Source: a bacterium (lineage in GTDB: Bacteria > SAR324 > NAC60-12). Taken from it: a stretch of 15,966 nt of DNA. A program made the translations under genes and the position numbers. The stretch covers positions 1-15,966 of the forward strand of contig CBDDTI010000151.1 in the NCBI GenBank assembly GCA_965233585.1, given 5' to 3'. A model generated the notes under the pieces. The model was not told the origin of the DNA and made no database searches. It was given only the letters and a program-made list of their open reading frames with translations. Positions 1 to 12,400 of this stretch are shown piece after piece; positions within the stretch are counted from its first letter, which is position 1, and every line of letters starts with the position of its first letter.

Positions 1-2
1 CC

Positions 3-1111
3 CTCCTCACGGAGAAGTATGGCAGGAACATCGGCCTATACCGTGATGACGGATTAGCAGCCTTTAACGGAAAACCGCATGAAATCGAAAAGATCAAAAA
101 AGAGCTGTGTAAAATCTTCCGTGACAACGACCTAAAGATCACAGTCGAGGCCAATAAAACCAAAGTCAACTTTCTAGACGTCACGCTCGACCTTAGAAGT
201 GGAAAATACTGGCCTTACACGAAAGAAGGAAACATCCCGCTCTATGTGCACAGAAAATCTAATCACCCACCCTCAATTCTGAAAAACATCCCCGAATCCA
301 TCAATAAACGGCTCTCCGAAATTTCCTCGGACAAAGAGTGCTTCGACAGCACAAAACACGCATATCAAGAGGCACTCGACAAAAGCGGTTACCGTTACGA
401 CCTTTCATATAAGGTTGTACCCAGTCAGACAAGACGCAGGACTCGACAACGCAACATCATCTGGTATAACCCGCCATACAGCAGGAACGTGGAAACGAAC
501 GTTGGAAAATGCTTCCTTTCCCTCATTGACCAGCACTTCCCAAAGGCTAACCCCCTGCACAAAATTTTTAACCGCAACACAATTAAATTAAGTTACAGTT
601 GCATGAATAACGTCAAATCAATTATATCAAGCCACAACAAATCAGTAATTAGGAAATCTACAAATTCTGATAAAGATAAGAAAAACTGCAACTGCCGAAA
701 ACCAGAGATATGCCCCATGGATGGAAACTGCAACGTAGAAAGCATAATTTACCAAGCCGAAGTCACTTCACAAACAACTAAGGAAACCTACATTGGACTT
801 TGTGACACTGCATTTAAGTTAGGTATCGGAATCACACGAGCTCGTTTCGTAACGAACGGTATAGAAACGCAACCGAACTTAGTAAACATGTGTGGAACTT
901 GAAAGACAAGAACATTCAGTACAACATCAAATGGCGTAAAATAAAACAAGCTCGATCTTATTCCAATGTGGCAAAGAAATGTAATTTGTGTTTGTGGGAA
1001 AAATATTTTATTCTGTGTAAACCTGAAATGTCATCTTTAAACAATCGAAATGAGCTTGTATCGTGCTGCAGACATTCTAGGAAATTTTTGTTGAGAAATG
1101 TCATCACTTAA
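3..1111 (+). pseudogene. PLE polyprotein C-terminal half (RT palm/thumb, Cys linker, GIY-YIG) with one frameshift at ~819-821
   Basis: Frame 3 from nt 3 reads [19 protein letters not shown]...FLDVTLDL...[10 protein letters not shown]...[15 protein letters not shown]...IIYQAEV...[11 protein letters not shown] 1-nt shift at 'aagttaggtat' continues [28 protein letters not shown] into ORF 890..1111 ([10 protein letters not shown]...[13 protein letters not shown]). Confidence 0.92.
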
Positions 1112-1208
1112 TTAACCGTAACATCCCGCTAGACACGCCACGCGCCACGCCCAGTATGTATTGTTCTCAATTTTTCATATATCTCTGATTGTAACCGTTT
1201 TTCTAACA

Positions 1209-1256
1209 GTCGCCTGATGATTGCTTCCAATGAAGCATGAAACTCTGAGTTGCGAT
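1209..1256 (+). ncRNA. Type I hammerhead ribozyme 1 (PLE A)
   Basis: Stem I gtcgc/gcgat; core CTGATGA at 1214-1220; stem II tgcttc-caat-gaagca; GAAA; stem III actc-t-gagt; cleavage triplet GUU at 1249-1251. Confidence 0.88.
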
Positions 1257-1299
1257 TAAATGTCTTGGACCAAATAATCCAGCTCTTCGATTATATTAG

Positions 1300-1320
1300 T
1301 ATATATATATATATATATAT

Positions 1321-1322
<2 letters not shown>
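1300..1322. repeat. (TA)n microsatellite separating PLE A and PLE B
   Basis: Pure TA run. Confidence 0.97.
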
Positions 1323-2142
<820 letters not shown>

Positions 2143-2154
2143 TATATATATATA

Positions 2155-2638
<484 letters not shown>

Positions 2639-3189
2639 ATACTCATTTGGATGCGTTTTTGTTACATCGGAAGACATGATGGTAGCAAATTAGGAGATGA
2701 TATGTTAGTTTTGTTGAATGGTGTGAAGCGTGGAGCAGCCTGATCGGTATTGCATGCACTAAACATAGCGTTTGACTCAGTCCGATGAAATCCTCACTCG
2801 AAAATGTCGCGCGCCCGAAAATATCGGGTCGTCCCGACTTCAACAATGAGCAACTTTTCGCTAACCATAAGCAAACAAATTATCTCACCAGGAACGATGC
2901 TAAAACTTTGGCCTACTTAGCGATTTTGACGATATTGCCTAAACTTTGACACTATATTTTACCCTCGTTATAAATAAATCTTGCCCGAAACCTGTGCGAT
3001 AGAGAAAGAAGTAATAAATTCCCCTTTATTACACAAGCCTGCTACTCAGGAAGCAGAAAGCAGTGATATTTTTATTTCGTAAAATGGTGTCAGCTGAGGG
3101 AAAGAGAAAGCAATAGGCAAAGCGAAATTCAATACCTCCTCCCTTGTGTAAAAGACTTTTAACCCTACTAAAACAGGTATATATATGTG

Positions 3190-3614
3190 TCATTCGTTGT
3201 AAAGCTTGTTACCCGAGAAGACGGGAACGCAATTTAAAGTCATTTCCTTCCTCCTGATGTGTGTTACCTGAGTAAAACAAAACGCGATACATCTTTCCCT
3301 CGTTCTCAAATGTGTTACTCATGCGGAAGGAAACGCAATTTACATTTTTCTCGTTGTAAAATGTGTTACGCGTGCTTGAGGAAACGTAACTTATGTTTCC
3401 CATGTTCTAACATGTATTATGCGCCCTTAAGGAAACGCAATTTTTATTACCCTCGTTTTAAAGTGTGTTTTTCCTGTGGAAGGAACCAAAATTTATCTTT
3501 CCCTCGTTCTAAACCACGTTACCTGAGTGGAAGAGAAACCAATTTATGTTTTCATCGTTTTAACGAGTGTTACTGCTGTGAAATGGAATGCAATTTATAT
3601 TTCCCTTCTGTTAA
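3190..3614. repeat. Diverged 51-bp tandem repeat array, left part (~8 units)
   Basis: Recurring unit approximately TTTCCCTCGTTCTAAAATGTGTTACNNGAGTGGAAGGAAACGCAATTTA(N)n with a 51-nt period, also visible as 17-aa periodicity in ORF 3259..3624. Left boundary approximate. Confidence 0.9.
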
Positions 3615-3649
3615 AGACCCATGACGGACCAATATGCTTTGCACGCGTC
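3615..3649 (+). repeat. Left terminal inverted repeat
   Basis: agacccatgacggaccaatatgctttgcacgcgtc. Confidence 0.95.
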
Positions 3650-6456
3650 AATTCAAGTCGCCATATTTTTTGAGAGTCGAAAAGTAAGTGAAGCTGTTGA
3701 ATCCAAAGCAATCTGCTTCCATTCAGGGTTTATGGTGCCTGGTTTTACGTTTTGTGGAGCAGAGTATCTAATTTTTTCACATTTGTGTTGGTTTTGAAGA
3801 TTTTTTTGAATTGCAATATCCCTAAAGTATAAAGCTCTGATCGTTTAGCATTATGGCCGTTCCCTCGCGTAAAGGAAGGCCACGTTTATCTGGTCGAGCC
3901 TGCTATATCAGGGTGCGATCATCTGTGTTTGAACTATTGGTTCGCGGAAGCAACAAACTCTGTCTTTGCTGAGTATCTACTGCATCAAATAGACCACCGA
4001 GCATCAAGGTTAGCCTTGCTAGAATTCGATGAATTGTTTGTTTCTTATAGCTTTATATTATGAAGCTTATTACTGAATACACCATAACCTTTTCCACCTT
4101 TACAGCCAGTGTGAACGAGATGGAAGGCAGAGAACGTTTGGACTTACCGAAGGTACGTGTTAGTTTGCTTTTATCTAAAACCTTTTGGTTTTTACAGTGT
4201 ATGTAGAACAACTGCAGAACAAGTACATCAATCTCGAGGCTGGGAAAATTAGTATTGTATACAATTTTCGTCTCTGCTCTACACAATAGATAAACTGTGT
4301 CATCCAAAATTCACTTCAACTCCGATTAGGCAGCAACAGCGTCGAGTGCTATCTGACGTCCTGGCCAACGAAGTTGAGAACTCGTAAGTTATAATTATAA
4401 ACTTACTGTGATATAATTTACACTACAAGTATGTAAATCTCATGCCAGCTGCATGTACTTATAAGCATAGCTGCTACTTGGAGATATTGCTTCTATGTTG
4501 CTAAAAATAACTTCTACATCATTTATATTACAGACATTTTTACTTACTCGCATTTATAAATGTTACAATTGAGGTTTCTGAAATTGATTGTTGTGTGTTT
4601 TGATGGAAGTTTTCAGAGTTTTTGATCCATTTTTGTCACAGAGATGTTGATGTAACATTAACAAGTTCATGTGCAATGCTTCCCTTTGATTTGGATCAAA
4701 ATATGTAAAGTAGAGGTCAACAAAATGGAGGGCACTTTCAACACCCCTGCAGGGCCTAAGCTGCAATGCAGTCTGAATTCCTTCATTGCGGGTTCACTAA
4801 ATCATCTAAATGTCTGACTAGAAAAGTGTGGTGTACATGTAGTTTCATTATAAAATCATTCAGTACGATAATTGTATGTTTTTCATTTTATTTTGGTAGA
4901 GACATTCCCAGCTCTTCTAGAAATGTTCCATTCACTTGACGTGTGGCACAAAGCTAACAAGCTGACGAAAGCCTTGCATCAGGTAATTAACACACATAAG
5001 TTATTTAGCAAGTCGAAAAATGTATTGTGCTTTGGTTGCATGTGGACAGTACAGGGGTAGCAAAACAAGTAAATGGGGCTAAATGAAATTTAGGCAAGGT
5101 TAATCTCAAGACAATGCTGGTCAGTTAGTTGTCTTCCCCTTTAGCGTGGCTCAGGATGGCCTTTTTAAGCTCAGCAGGTGCACCTCATGCGTTAAGCTTG
5201 CTTGCTTGCTCGCCTTTCGGGTCATTTACCATATTTATGGAGCTTTTCTTTCCCTCTCCTCCCTCCCATGGGTAAGTACTGGGTATCAGTAAGTATTCCA
5301 CTGACTGGATGATTGTGACGATGCCTGAGTGGTGGCTGCTTGCAGGGTTGCGATGGACATCTCATTCCCTGTGCCAGAATTGTTGCCCAGCTCCACCAGC
5401 CTTTAAGGCACCAGCTCCCAAGCTCATCTATTGCTGATGAGTTTAATTTAGAGCAATAACTAATCGCGATCCAGGAAAAAAAGGAGATGTGAGTGATGTG
5501 TGTGGATGAAGGGATGGGGCAATACTTGTCTGTTTGTATCTATCTGTAGATGGGCCTATAGGAATGGGGGCTTACACTATGTGGATGTGCCCTGAATTTT
5601 GCGGCATATGAAATGCAGCTATTTTAAATATATTTTGCATATTTGTTTCTCTTTTTATTAGGCAGCCAGGATCAAAGGATGTGAGGTATTAAAGGAGTGG
5701 GTTGACCCTCTTGTGAATCATTTCTGGTATTCATGTCAAATGGCTGATGGTAGTGTTGAGGAACTAAAGGTAACCATTTTACTTGTACACTTGTTTACTG
5801 TGCTTGTCCATTACCATTTACAGAGCAGGTTGAAGTCAGTTTTTATTTTTACTGAAAATACTATCTCTAATTTGCATAGTGTCAAGTCAAAACAGGTGAT
5901 ATTTATTTATGGTAGTCTGATTGTTTCATTTTACAGGAAACATGGCAAGGAGTACTTCACCATGTGTGTGGTGAGCATTCCTGGTCAGAGTCAGCATGCC
6001 GCCATGACCCGCATGTAGAAACTGAGAATTCCAAGAAACCTTTGTCCAAGTCTTTTAAGGCAATGGCTGCCTTGAGGAAGATTGTCCTGGACAAAAAGTG
6101 GCTAGCAAACCTTCACTTTTATGTCCGATTTAGGTAATTTACATAGGGTATACAATGATATGCACAAGTTAGTTTATTTCACTGTGAAGTCTAGAGAGAA
6201 TCTCTTGGGATTTCTGGCATCTCTTTTGTACTGTGGCCATTTATTATGATTGGCAAAGTCAGTCGACACTCTCATGCAAAGGGCCTGTTCTCTTACCACT
6301 AATAATTAGTGGCAACAGAATAGGCCCTTTGTATGAATTTTCCTAGATGCAAGGAAAATATGAAAAATGTATTAACTTTTGGTGTGACAAAATCTGTCAA
6401 GCCACTTTCTAACAATAGTGAAGTGATCCTTTTTGTTTTTGTTTGTTTTCAGGCAT

Positions 6457-6828
<372 letters not shown>

Positions 6829-8334
6829 TGGGTATCTCGAAAATTTTGATAGCATGATGACAAAATATGCCCCAAAGCGGATGGCATTTGAGTAAGTAAA
6901 ACTGATCTTACACATTGATTATGCCAAGATTTGGTGTTGTCAGTGTGTCTGACTGTCCCTCAAGAGCAATTCACTGTCTAGTTCAAGGTAACTTTAATTA
7001 TATGTACCTTGTACAATATCATTGTTAACTGTACCTATTTTTTAAATTATTGTTGGTTGTTCAACGTCCCTGGATTAATTAAAAAAAAATACGAGGTAAC
7101 AAACAATGAAGATAGTGCAGATACTGCAAACTGTACTTTAGTTGTACATTTCCCAAAAGTAATTTCCTGGGCCAAAGCTAATAACTTTTTTTTTAGACTG
7201 AAAAGGAATAATTTTTTGGTAATTTAATTTTTTGGTATATATTTAGGTATCCCTACGTCATTTTGCGGATACTTTTAGCAGCCATAGACCACAATATGCA
7301 CTTGTTCAGAAAAGCAAAGACTAACAAAGATGGAGGGCTGGTTGGACACCGAAAGTTCTCGAAGAGAACAGATAGATACCATGCAGAGGTTGTTAAAGAG
7401 GAAAAGCAGTATTCCTACCTCTCTTACATGGCTGCAGGAATGCTCTCTACAAGAAAAGAGTTCCAGGGTATTTTTTCTAGTCGCTTGGATGTGAATGAAT
7501 TCAACCCCAAACAAATTGCCCCAACTCCTGGTATGAAGGAGGCACCACCGACAGAACAACTATTGAAAGCACCCTCAAGATTCTCAATGAAACTAAAAGA
7601 AAGTGAAAACAAATAGATCACGCAAATTGAGTTGTGGATAACTATAATTATTCTCAAAACTTTACTTTTGAGTACATATCATTGTTTGCACCCTAAATGT
7701 TCCAATAACAGATGCAAAAAAAATGTAACACCATGTAAGACAAGAAAATTAAATACAAATTTCTTATTGTCAGCACCATCATATTGTGACACTAACCAGA
7801 ATGAAAACAGTAACACATGCACAGGCAAGCGAATTTCAGAGTACCAGGCAAATTATTCGGTTGTTTATTTCTCTATTTACTATGCAAAAGAAACCTGCAG
7901 CTTGCATCATAGTAGATTTCAAGGTGGGGGAGTGGGGTGCAGTCCTCCAGTTTCAAGCAAAAAATGAAATGGTTGTGACCTGAATGGATACTCCAAAATA
8001 AGGCGAGACACTTAAATTTGTGTATATAAAGTACCAACCGAGCCTAGTATAAAGTCTTACTGAAGGTTTACCAAGTTTATGTGTCATACCTGTTTTTGTG
8101 TCTCACCATATTTTGGAGTATCCATTCTAGCAATAACCAAAATGAAATAAACTTTATTGAGAAACATGCCCCCATGACCCAGATCCCCCTATAATCGGGG
8201 GAGGGGGGAGGGGTGGGGAGCTGCAATTTGGTACTATTTGTGATGCAGTTTGCATACCTAAATAAAAGTGTTGATGTTGGTTTTGTTTGTTTGCCTACCA
8301 AATGCATGGATGACTTAGATACGATACAATTGTG

Positions 8335-8595
8335 CACTGCGATTGGCTACCCGAGCAGGCAAGATAGAGGCATCTTGCCTGCTCGGGACTACCCGCTGTA
8401 TCCCGCAAGAAAGCCATATAATAAATTCTTTATTGACCAAGCTTTTTCAGTCAAGATGGTCGGATATTGGCTTCGTTCTTTTTCTACGAGTTTATTGACC
8501 TCGAGTTCATTTCAGTCCGCAAACATACAAAACAAAAAAAGGAACTTGACCAATATCCAGCCATCTTGACCTCACACTTGGTCTATAACCCATAT
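8335..8595. repeat. Double-hairpin (foldback) interspersed repeat, probably a non-autonomous element
   Basis: Perfect 16-bp stem cccgagcaggcaagat (8350-8365) / atcttgcctgctcggg (8372-8387), followed by a long imperfect palindrome at ~8430-8588 (ttattgaccaag...tcaagatggtcggatattgg ... ccaatatccagccatcttga...cttggtctataa). Outer limits approximate. Confidence 0.7.
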
Positions 8596-8771
8596 TTCCA
8601 AAATAAACACCATTCTTAGTGTTCTTTTGTTTACTTGCAAATTAGCCCTTGTTGCCTCGTTAAAGGGAAAATATTCTTTTGAATTTCCAGTTTAAAAACG
8701 AGGCACCAAGGGCTAATTTGCAAGAAAGCGAAAGAATACCAAAATGGCGGCTATTTTGGAATAAGGTGTAT
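8596..8771. mobile_element. Palindromic MITE-like element with a clipped left tip
   Basis: Arms of ~70 bp: ttccaaaata...cttgcaaattagcccttgttgcctcgtt versus aacgaggcaccaagggctaatttgcaag...tattttggaa, separated by a ~35-nt spacer. Confidence 0.78.
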
Positions 8772-8887
8772 GATAGATAGGGGTGGACATCTGAAAGACA
8801 AAACAAAAAAAAAACTACCCTCCACTGACAGTTTAGTAGTTCTTCTGGTTTATGGGAATATCTATCCTTGAATGTCCTGTTTGGAAT

Positions 8888-10217
8888 TTACCGAGCTCTG
8901 AAACCCATGTACCTGTCGTCAGGAGCAGGGTAGGTATGTCTGATTTTGAGTACTACACAGGATGGTATTACACGCCTATTACCCCTGCCTAATTTACCAT
9001 ATCTCCAAAGGGCAAACTGCCGATATGCGGCTTTTCGAAAACTTTCCATGCTAAAGTTAAACTCTTCAGCCTGAATATCGCTGCGGGCTTTGATACATAC
9101 TTCTAGTATGTCTCTATCAAGGCATATGTTTGAAAATACTCTATATGATGTCAACCAAGTCACTCTTTTGCAACATAAATTTTCCTGCTTATCTGGCATT
9201 GGTCTACAAACCCCACATCTACACCACTGAGGAGAGTTATCAGGTAGGGCAGGTTCTTCTGGTTCATCAGCAGTAAGATGTCTCGCAAAATCGAGGCTAC
9301 CTCTTCCCATGCCTAGTAAAGTGATCAATAACTGGTCTTTCTTTTCCACACTTAGACTGGATACATAGGCCTGAAATGTACAATAATCGGGCAAAGTTAG
9401 CTCTCACAAAGAAATATAACGCCTTGGGCCAGTAGAATATACGTAACTTAAGCTATAAAGTATGTTCGGTACTACCGACTAATACAAAGAGAAAAACTTG
9501 ATGTTCTGACACGAAACAAACAAAAATTAACAAAGGGGCAGAGAATGACATACACTTGCCACAAGTCGACCTTTTTTCTCGATTTTCTCGAGCGAGCGAG
9601 CGAACCAAGAATTAGTGGAAAGGACTTTTAGAAAGTCAAGTATGACAGTGATGAAAAAAATAGAAATGTACGAGTAGGTTATTCTACCTTTATCTCCGTT
9701 TTCTTGTTCGAACCGATCGGCACCATCAGCAAGAACTGGTTCATCAACGGCATTCTCCGTGTTGGTTTCCTAGCACGAAATAAAAGAAAAAATAATTTAT
9801 TCCATCTAACAGTTAATGTGGCGAGAATCAAGAATTTTTTTCAATGTATCCAACATAATTCGTCTTACCTTATTTTTGCATTTTCGTTTATCATACGTAC
9901 ATTACGCGAAGCAACTTCTGTTAGCCTCTCGACACTTGCACGCTCCTCTGCTCTTTTTCTTGGCACATTGCCCTTTACAGCTGCACTTTGTTTGAAGGTT
10001 AACTGATTGAGCGATTTCATCCTATTATTAATAGGTAAGTGAATATGAAAACAATTCTTAGGCTCCTATCGAAAAACAAGCAAACCTCTTCAATCTCAAC
10101 GGCTTCATCTTCCTCCATAGCCCTATTATCCGCTACTATCGAGCCATACGCGTTGACTCTTTCACCTGAATTTCTCTCCTCCAGAGAATCTTCTAATAAA
10201 GACAGTGACAAACTCAT
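8888..10217 (-). pseudogene. Transposon accessory gene (KolX-like): acidic N-terminus, CXC-like Cys cluster, P2X7 C-terminal ballast-like domain; 4 exons, disrupted
   Basis: Minus-strand GT-AG exons: 10217-10086 (MSLSLSLLEDSLEE...EIEE), 10021-9869 (TKCSCKGQCAKKKSRGACKCREANRSCFA*CTYDKRKCKNK; stop at 9904-9902), 9769-9688 (82 nt, out of phase by one), 9370-8888 (WCRCGVCRPMPDKQENLCC...FRKAAYRQFALWRYGKLGRGNRRVIPSCVVLKIRHTYP...YMGF, the P2X7/nanor C-terminal signature). Confidence 0.87.
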
Positions 10218-10314
10218 ATCGTGTTCTGACGACCAACAAGCGCGCGAAATGCACAAGCTTTGGCGACCTCGTCAAACAATGGCGCCTCGTCCCAGTGTTC
10301 CCAAAACAATAATA

Positions 10315-10349
10315 GACGCGCGCAAAGCGTATTGGTCCGTCATGTGTCT
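10315..10349 (-). repeat. Right terminal inverted repeat
   Basis: Reverse complement is agacacatgacggaccaatacgctttgcgcgcgtc, 3 mismatches to the left TIR; followed by TTAA. Confidence 0.95.
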
Positions 10350-10353
10350 TTAA

Positions 10354-10695
10354 AGCACGTTAAATGAGTGGAAGAGAAGGCAACTTATATTTCCCTCGTT
10401 CTAAATTGAAACCGCGTGGTAGGGATCGCAGTTTACATTTCTTTAGTTCTAAAATGGGTTGGCGGAGTGAAAAGAAACGGAATTGATGTTTCATCTTCTA
10501 AAGTTAGTGATCGGAGTCAAAGAGAAGCAAGTCTTGTTTCCCACTTTCTAAACGGAGTTGCCCGAGTGGAAGGGGGCGAAAATTATATTTCCTTCGTTTT
10601 AAAGTGTGTTTACTCGAGTAGAAAGAAAAACGATTTAGGTTTTCATCGTTGAAATGTGTGTGTTATTCCAGTGAAAAGGAACGTAATTTACATGT
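10354..10695. repeat. 51-bp tandem repeat array, right part (~7 units, same orientation as the left part)
   Basis: Units such as cacgttaaatgagtggaagagaaggcaacttatatttccctcgttctaaa and ttccttcgttttaaagtgtgttt match left-part units at ~3495-3545 and ~3450-3470. Confidence 0.88.
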
Positions 10696-11612
10696 GACCT
10701 CTCACCCTAAAACTTACAATACGGCTATCCGTTCTGTTATATCACAGGTTATTCTTACGGCGCAATGGCACTTGTAATGCGCATGTATGGGGCACGAGAC
10801 CTGGAGAAAAACAGAGTGTTGTGTGTTACCGCTTTGTTGTTTGATTAGGTTCATACGGTTCCGTTTCCCTGGTTATAACTGCACTGCATTTAGCGACGAG
10901 GATGTGATAGATATTACTTCGTTTACTTCCCAGGTTACTTATACACCGGAGGATTCCTTCTAACATTGTTACGCTGTTTCGTGTTTTGACGCTTGAGGAT
11001 GTCGCCGCCATGGCTTGGCCGCTATAGCTCACTTTGGAAAAGAGTGATAGCCTGGGGACGAAGTCGCGCCGCAAGCGCTCATGGGATTATTTGGGGAGAC
11101 GCAGGTCAAAACAAACATGGAGGAATGTAGTGCGGAATGTCATAGCGTGGATTGTAGTGGTGACAGCAAGGTTTAAACAGAGCTACAGATAGCAATAAGA
11201 TCGAGGTTATTGTTTTCTGAGTCGAAGAAACTGCCATATATTGAAAAGAAGGTATTTTATATGGCTGGTTTTCGAAAAAATAGAATCTCTATCGTCGAAT
11301 TGTTTCCTTCCATGTCTATTTAGTGCAAACACGAACGCAAAACAAACGAGCGTAGATCATTGCGGTAAACTATCCATATACAAAGGACGAGGCAGCAAAA
11401 CAAATACTTAAATTGATCGTTGCTAAGAATTTATGGGAAAAATAACCCCAAGCACTTGACCTTAAGATCCATGCTGCTAAAAGGGAAATTAAAGGGGGGA
11501 AATAGTTTCAACAAAGCTCACTAAAAGTGAAACATTTGTCGTATGACCCGACATGCAAAACAAGTGAAACCCTACAGGGAAGTCAGGTAAACGGTATTAT
11601 TCATACATTTTT

Positions 11613-11629
11613 TATATATATATATATAT
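11613..11629. repeat. Short (TA)n tract
   Basis: About 8 TA units. Confidence 0.85.
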
Positions 11630-12400
11630 TGTTACTTCTTGAATACACTTGTTTTATTCCCATACGATACTTAATGTTTGCATTATGAGGCACCTGGGAC
11701 GTACGCCAGCTTTAGATATGTGTGTTATTTCGCATGTTCCAGCAATCCTCGATTAACTTATACTTGCATCATATTCATAATTTACCGGTTTATCCAAGTG
11801 AATTTACTTTCCTCCCGACATGGAAAAGTGATTGTAGTCCTTATGTAGTATTTTAAATCACAACAGTTCAGATAAGAAAATACACCTCCTCAAAAGCAGT
11901 TTATAGAAAAATGTATCGAGTTACGGTGGAAAAATAACAACCCCTAAAGTTCCGGCGCTTCTAAACCAATGCCTAAACGAGGAGAGTAAGTTTGTAGATT
12001 TTATTGCGGAATTGAATTCGATTCTTACAACAAACACGTCAAAAGAGGTTAAGAACTCCATATAGGATCCTTTATAATGACCAATTTGCTCGCATAGCAA
12101 GAAAGTACACCCTTATTTCAGTAACATGTACGGCTTTGCTCTGACGTTTTCAGAACTGAACGTTAACCTAATGATTCCTAAAACCTGTTCTAGTTGTTCC
12201 CGGATTCAAAATAAACCTTAACATCACTGCTACGTGAAAATCGAAACGTATTTATGAGAAGTTAGATTTTTGTTTCAGCAAAAACGCAATAGCTGATATT
12301 GTTTACTTTGATTCGTAAGTCCAATTTGACACAAAGCCTCAATAAAAGATCTACAGATTTGACTACTTAAGTGAAAAACACTTTTAAGGGCCTCTTTATA

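Larger units (their letters stand above)
1..1299 (+). mobile_element. Penelope-like retroelement A (RT + GIY-YIG endonuclease; runs off the window start), possibly Hydra-type clade
   Basis: RT motif GLYRDDGL and [10 protein letters not shown] in frame 3, C-terminal GIY-YIG, 3' UTR containing a hammerhead ribozyme, ends at a (TA)n tract. The clade call rests on recalled features (CxC..C linker, KCxLCxxEK motif, TA targeting) and is tentative. Confidence 0.93.

Noticed and set aside
3190..3614. CRISPR-like array
   Set aside because: Whole units are homologous and degenerate, with no identical repeats alternating with unique spacers. There are no cas genes and the context is eukaryotic.
3259..3624. 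Cys-rich 17-aa repeat protein ORF
   Set aside because: This is a by-product of the 51-bp period. It ends inside the TIR, and in the reconstructed empty site the frame stops almost immediately (GTT AAA GCA CGT TAA).
5429..5458. Fifth hammerhead (tattg-CTGATGA...gcaata)
   Set aside because: No GAAA box and no stems II or III; only a 7-bp inverted repeat. At most a truncated remnant.
8888..9394. Host P2X7 receptor gene (P2RX7)
   Set aside because: Only the ballast-like domain is present, with no transmembrane or ectodomain exons, and it lies inside TIRs. The ORF-track start at 9394 is intronic.
9704..10353. Plus-strand ORFs 9704..10006 and 10039..10353
   Set aside because: These are antisense shadows of the minus-strand exons, with no motifs.
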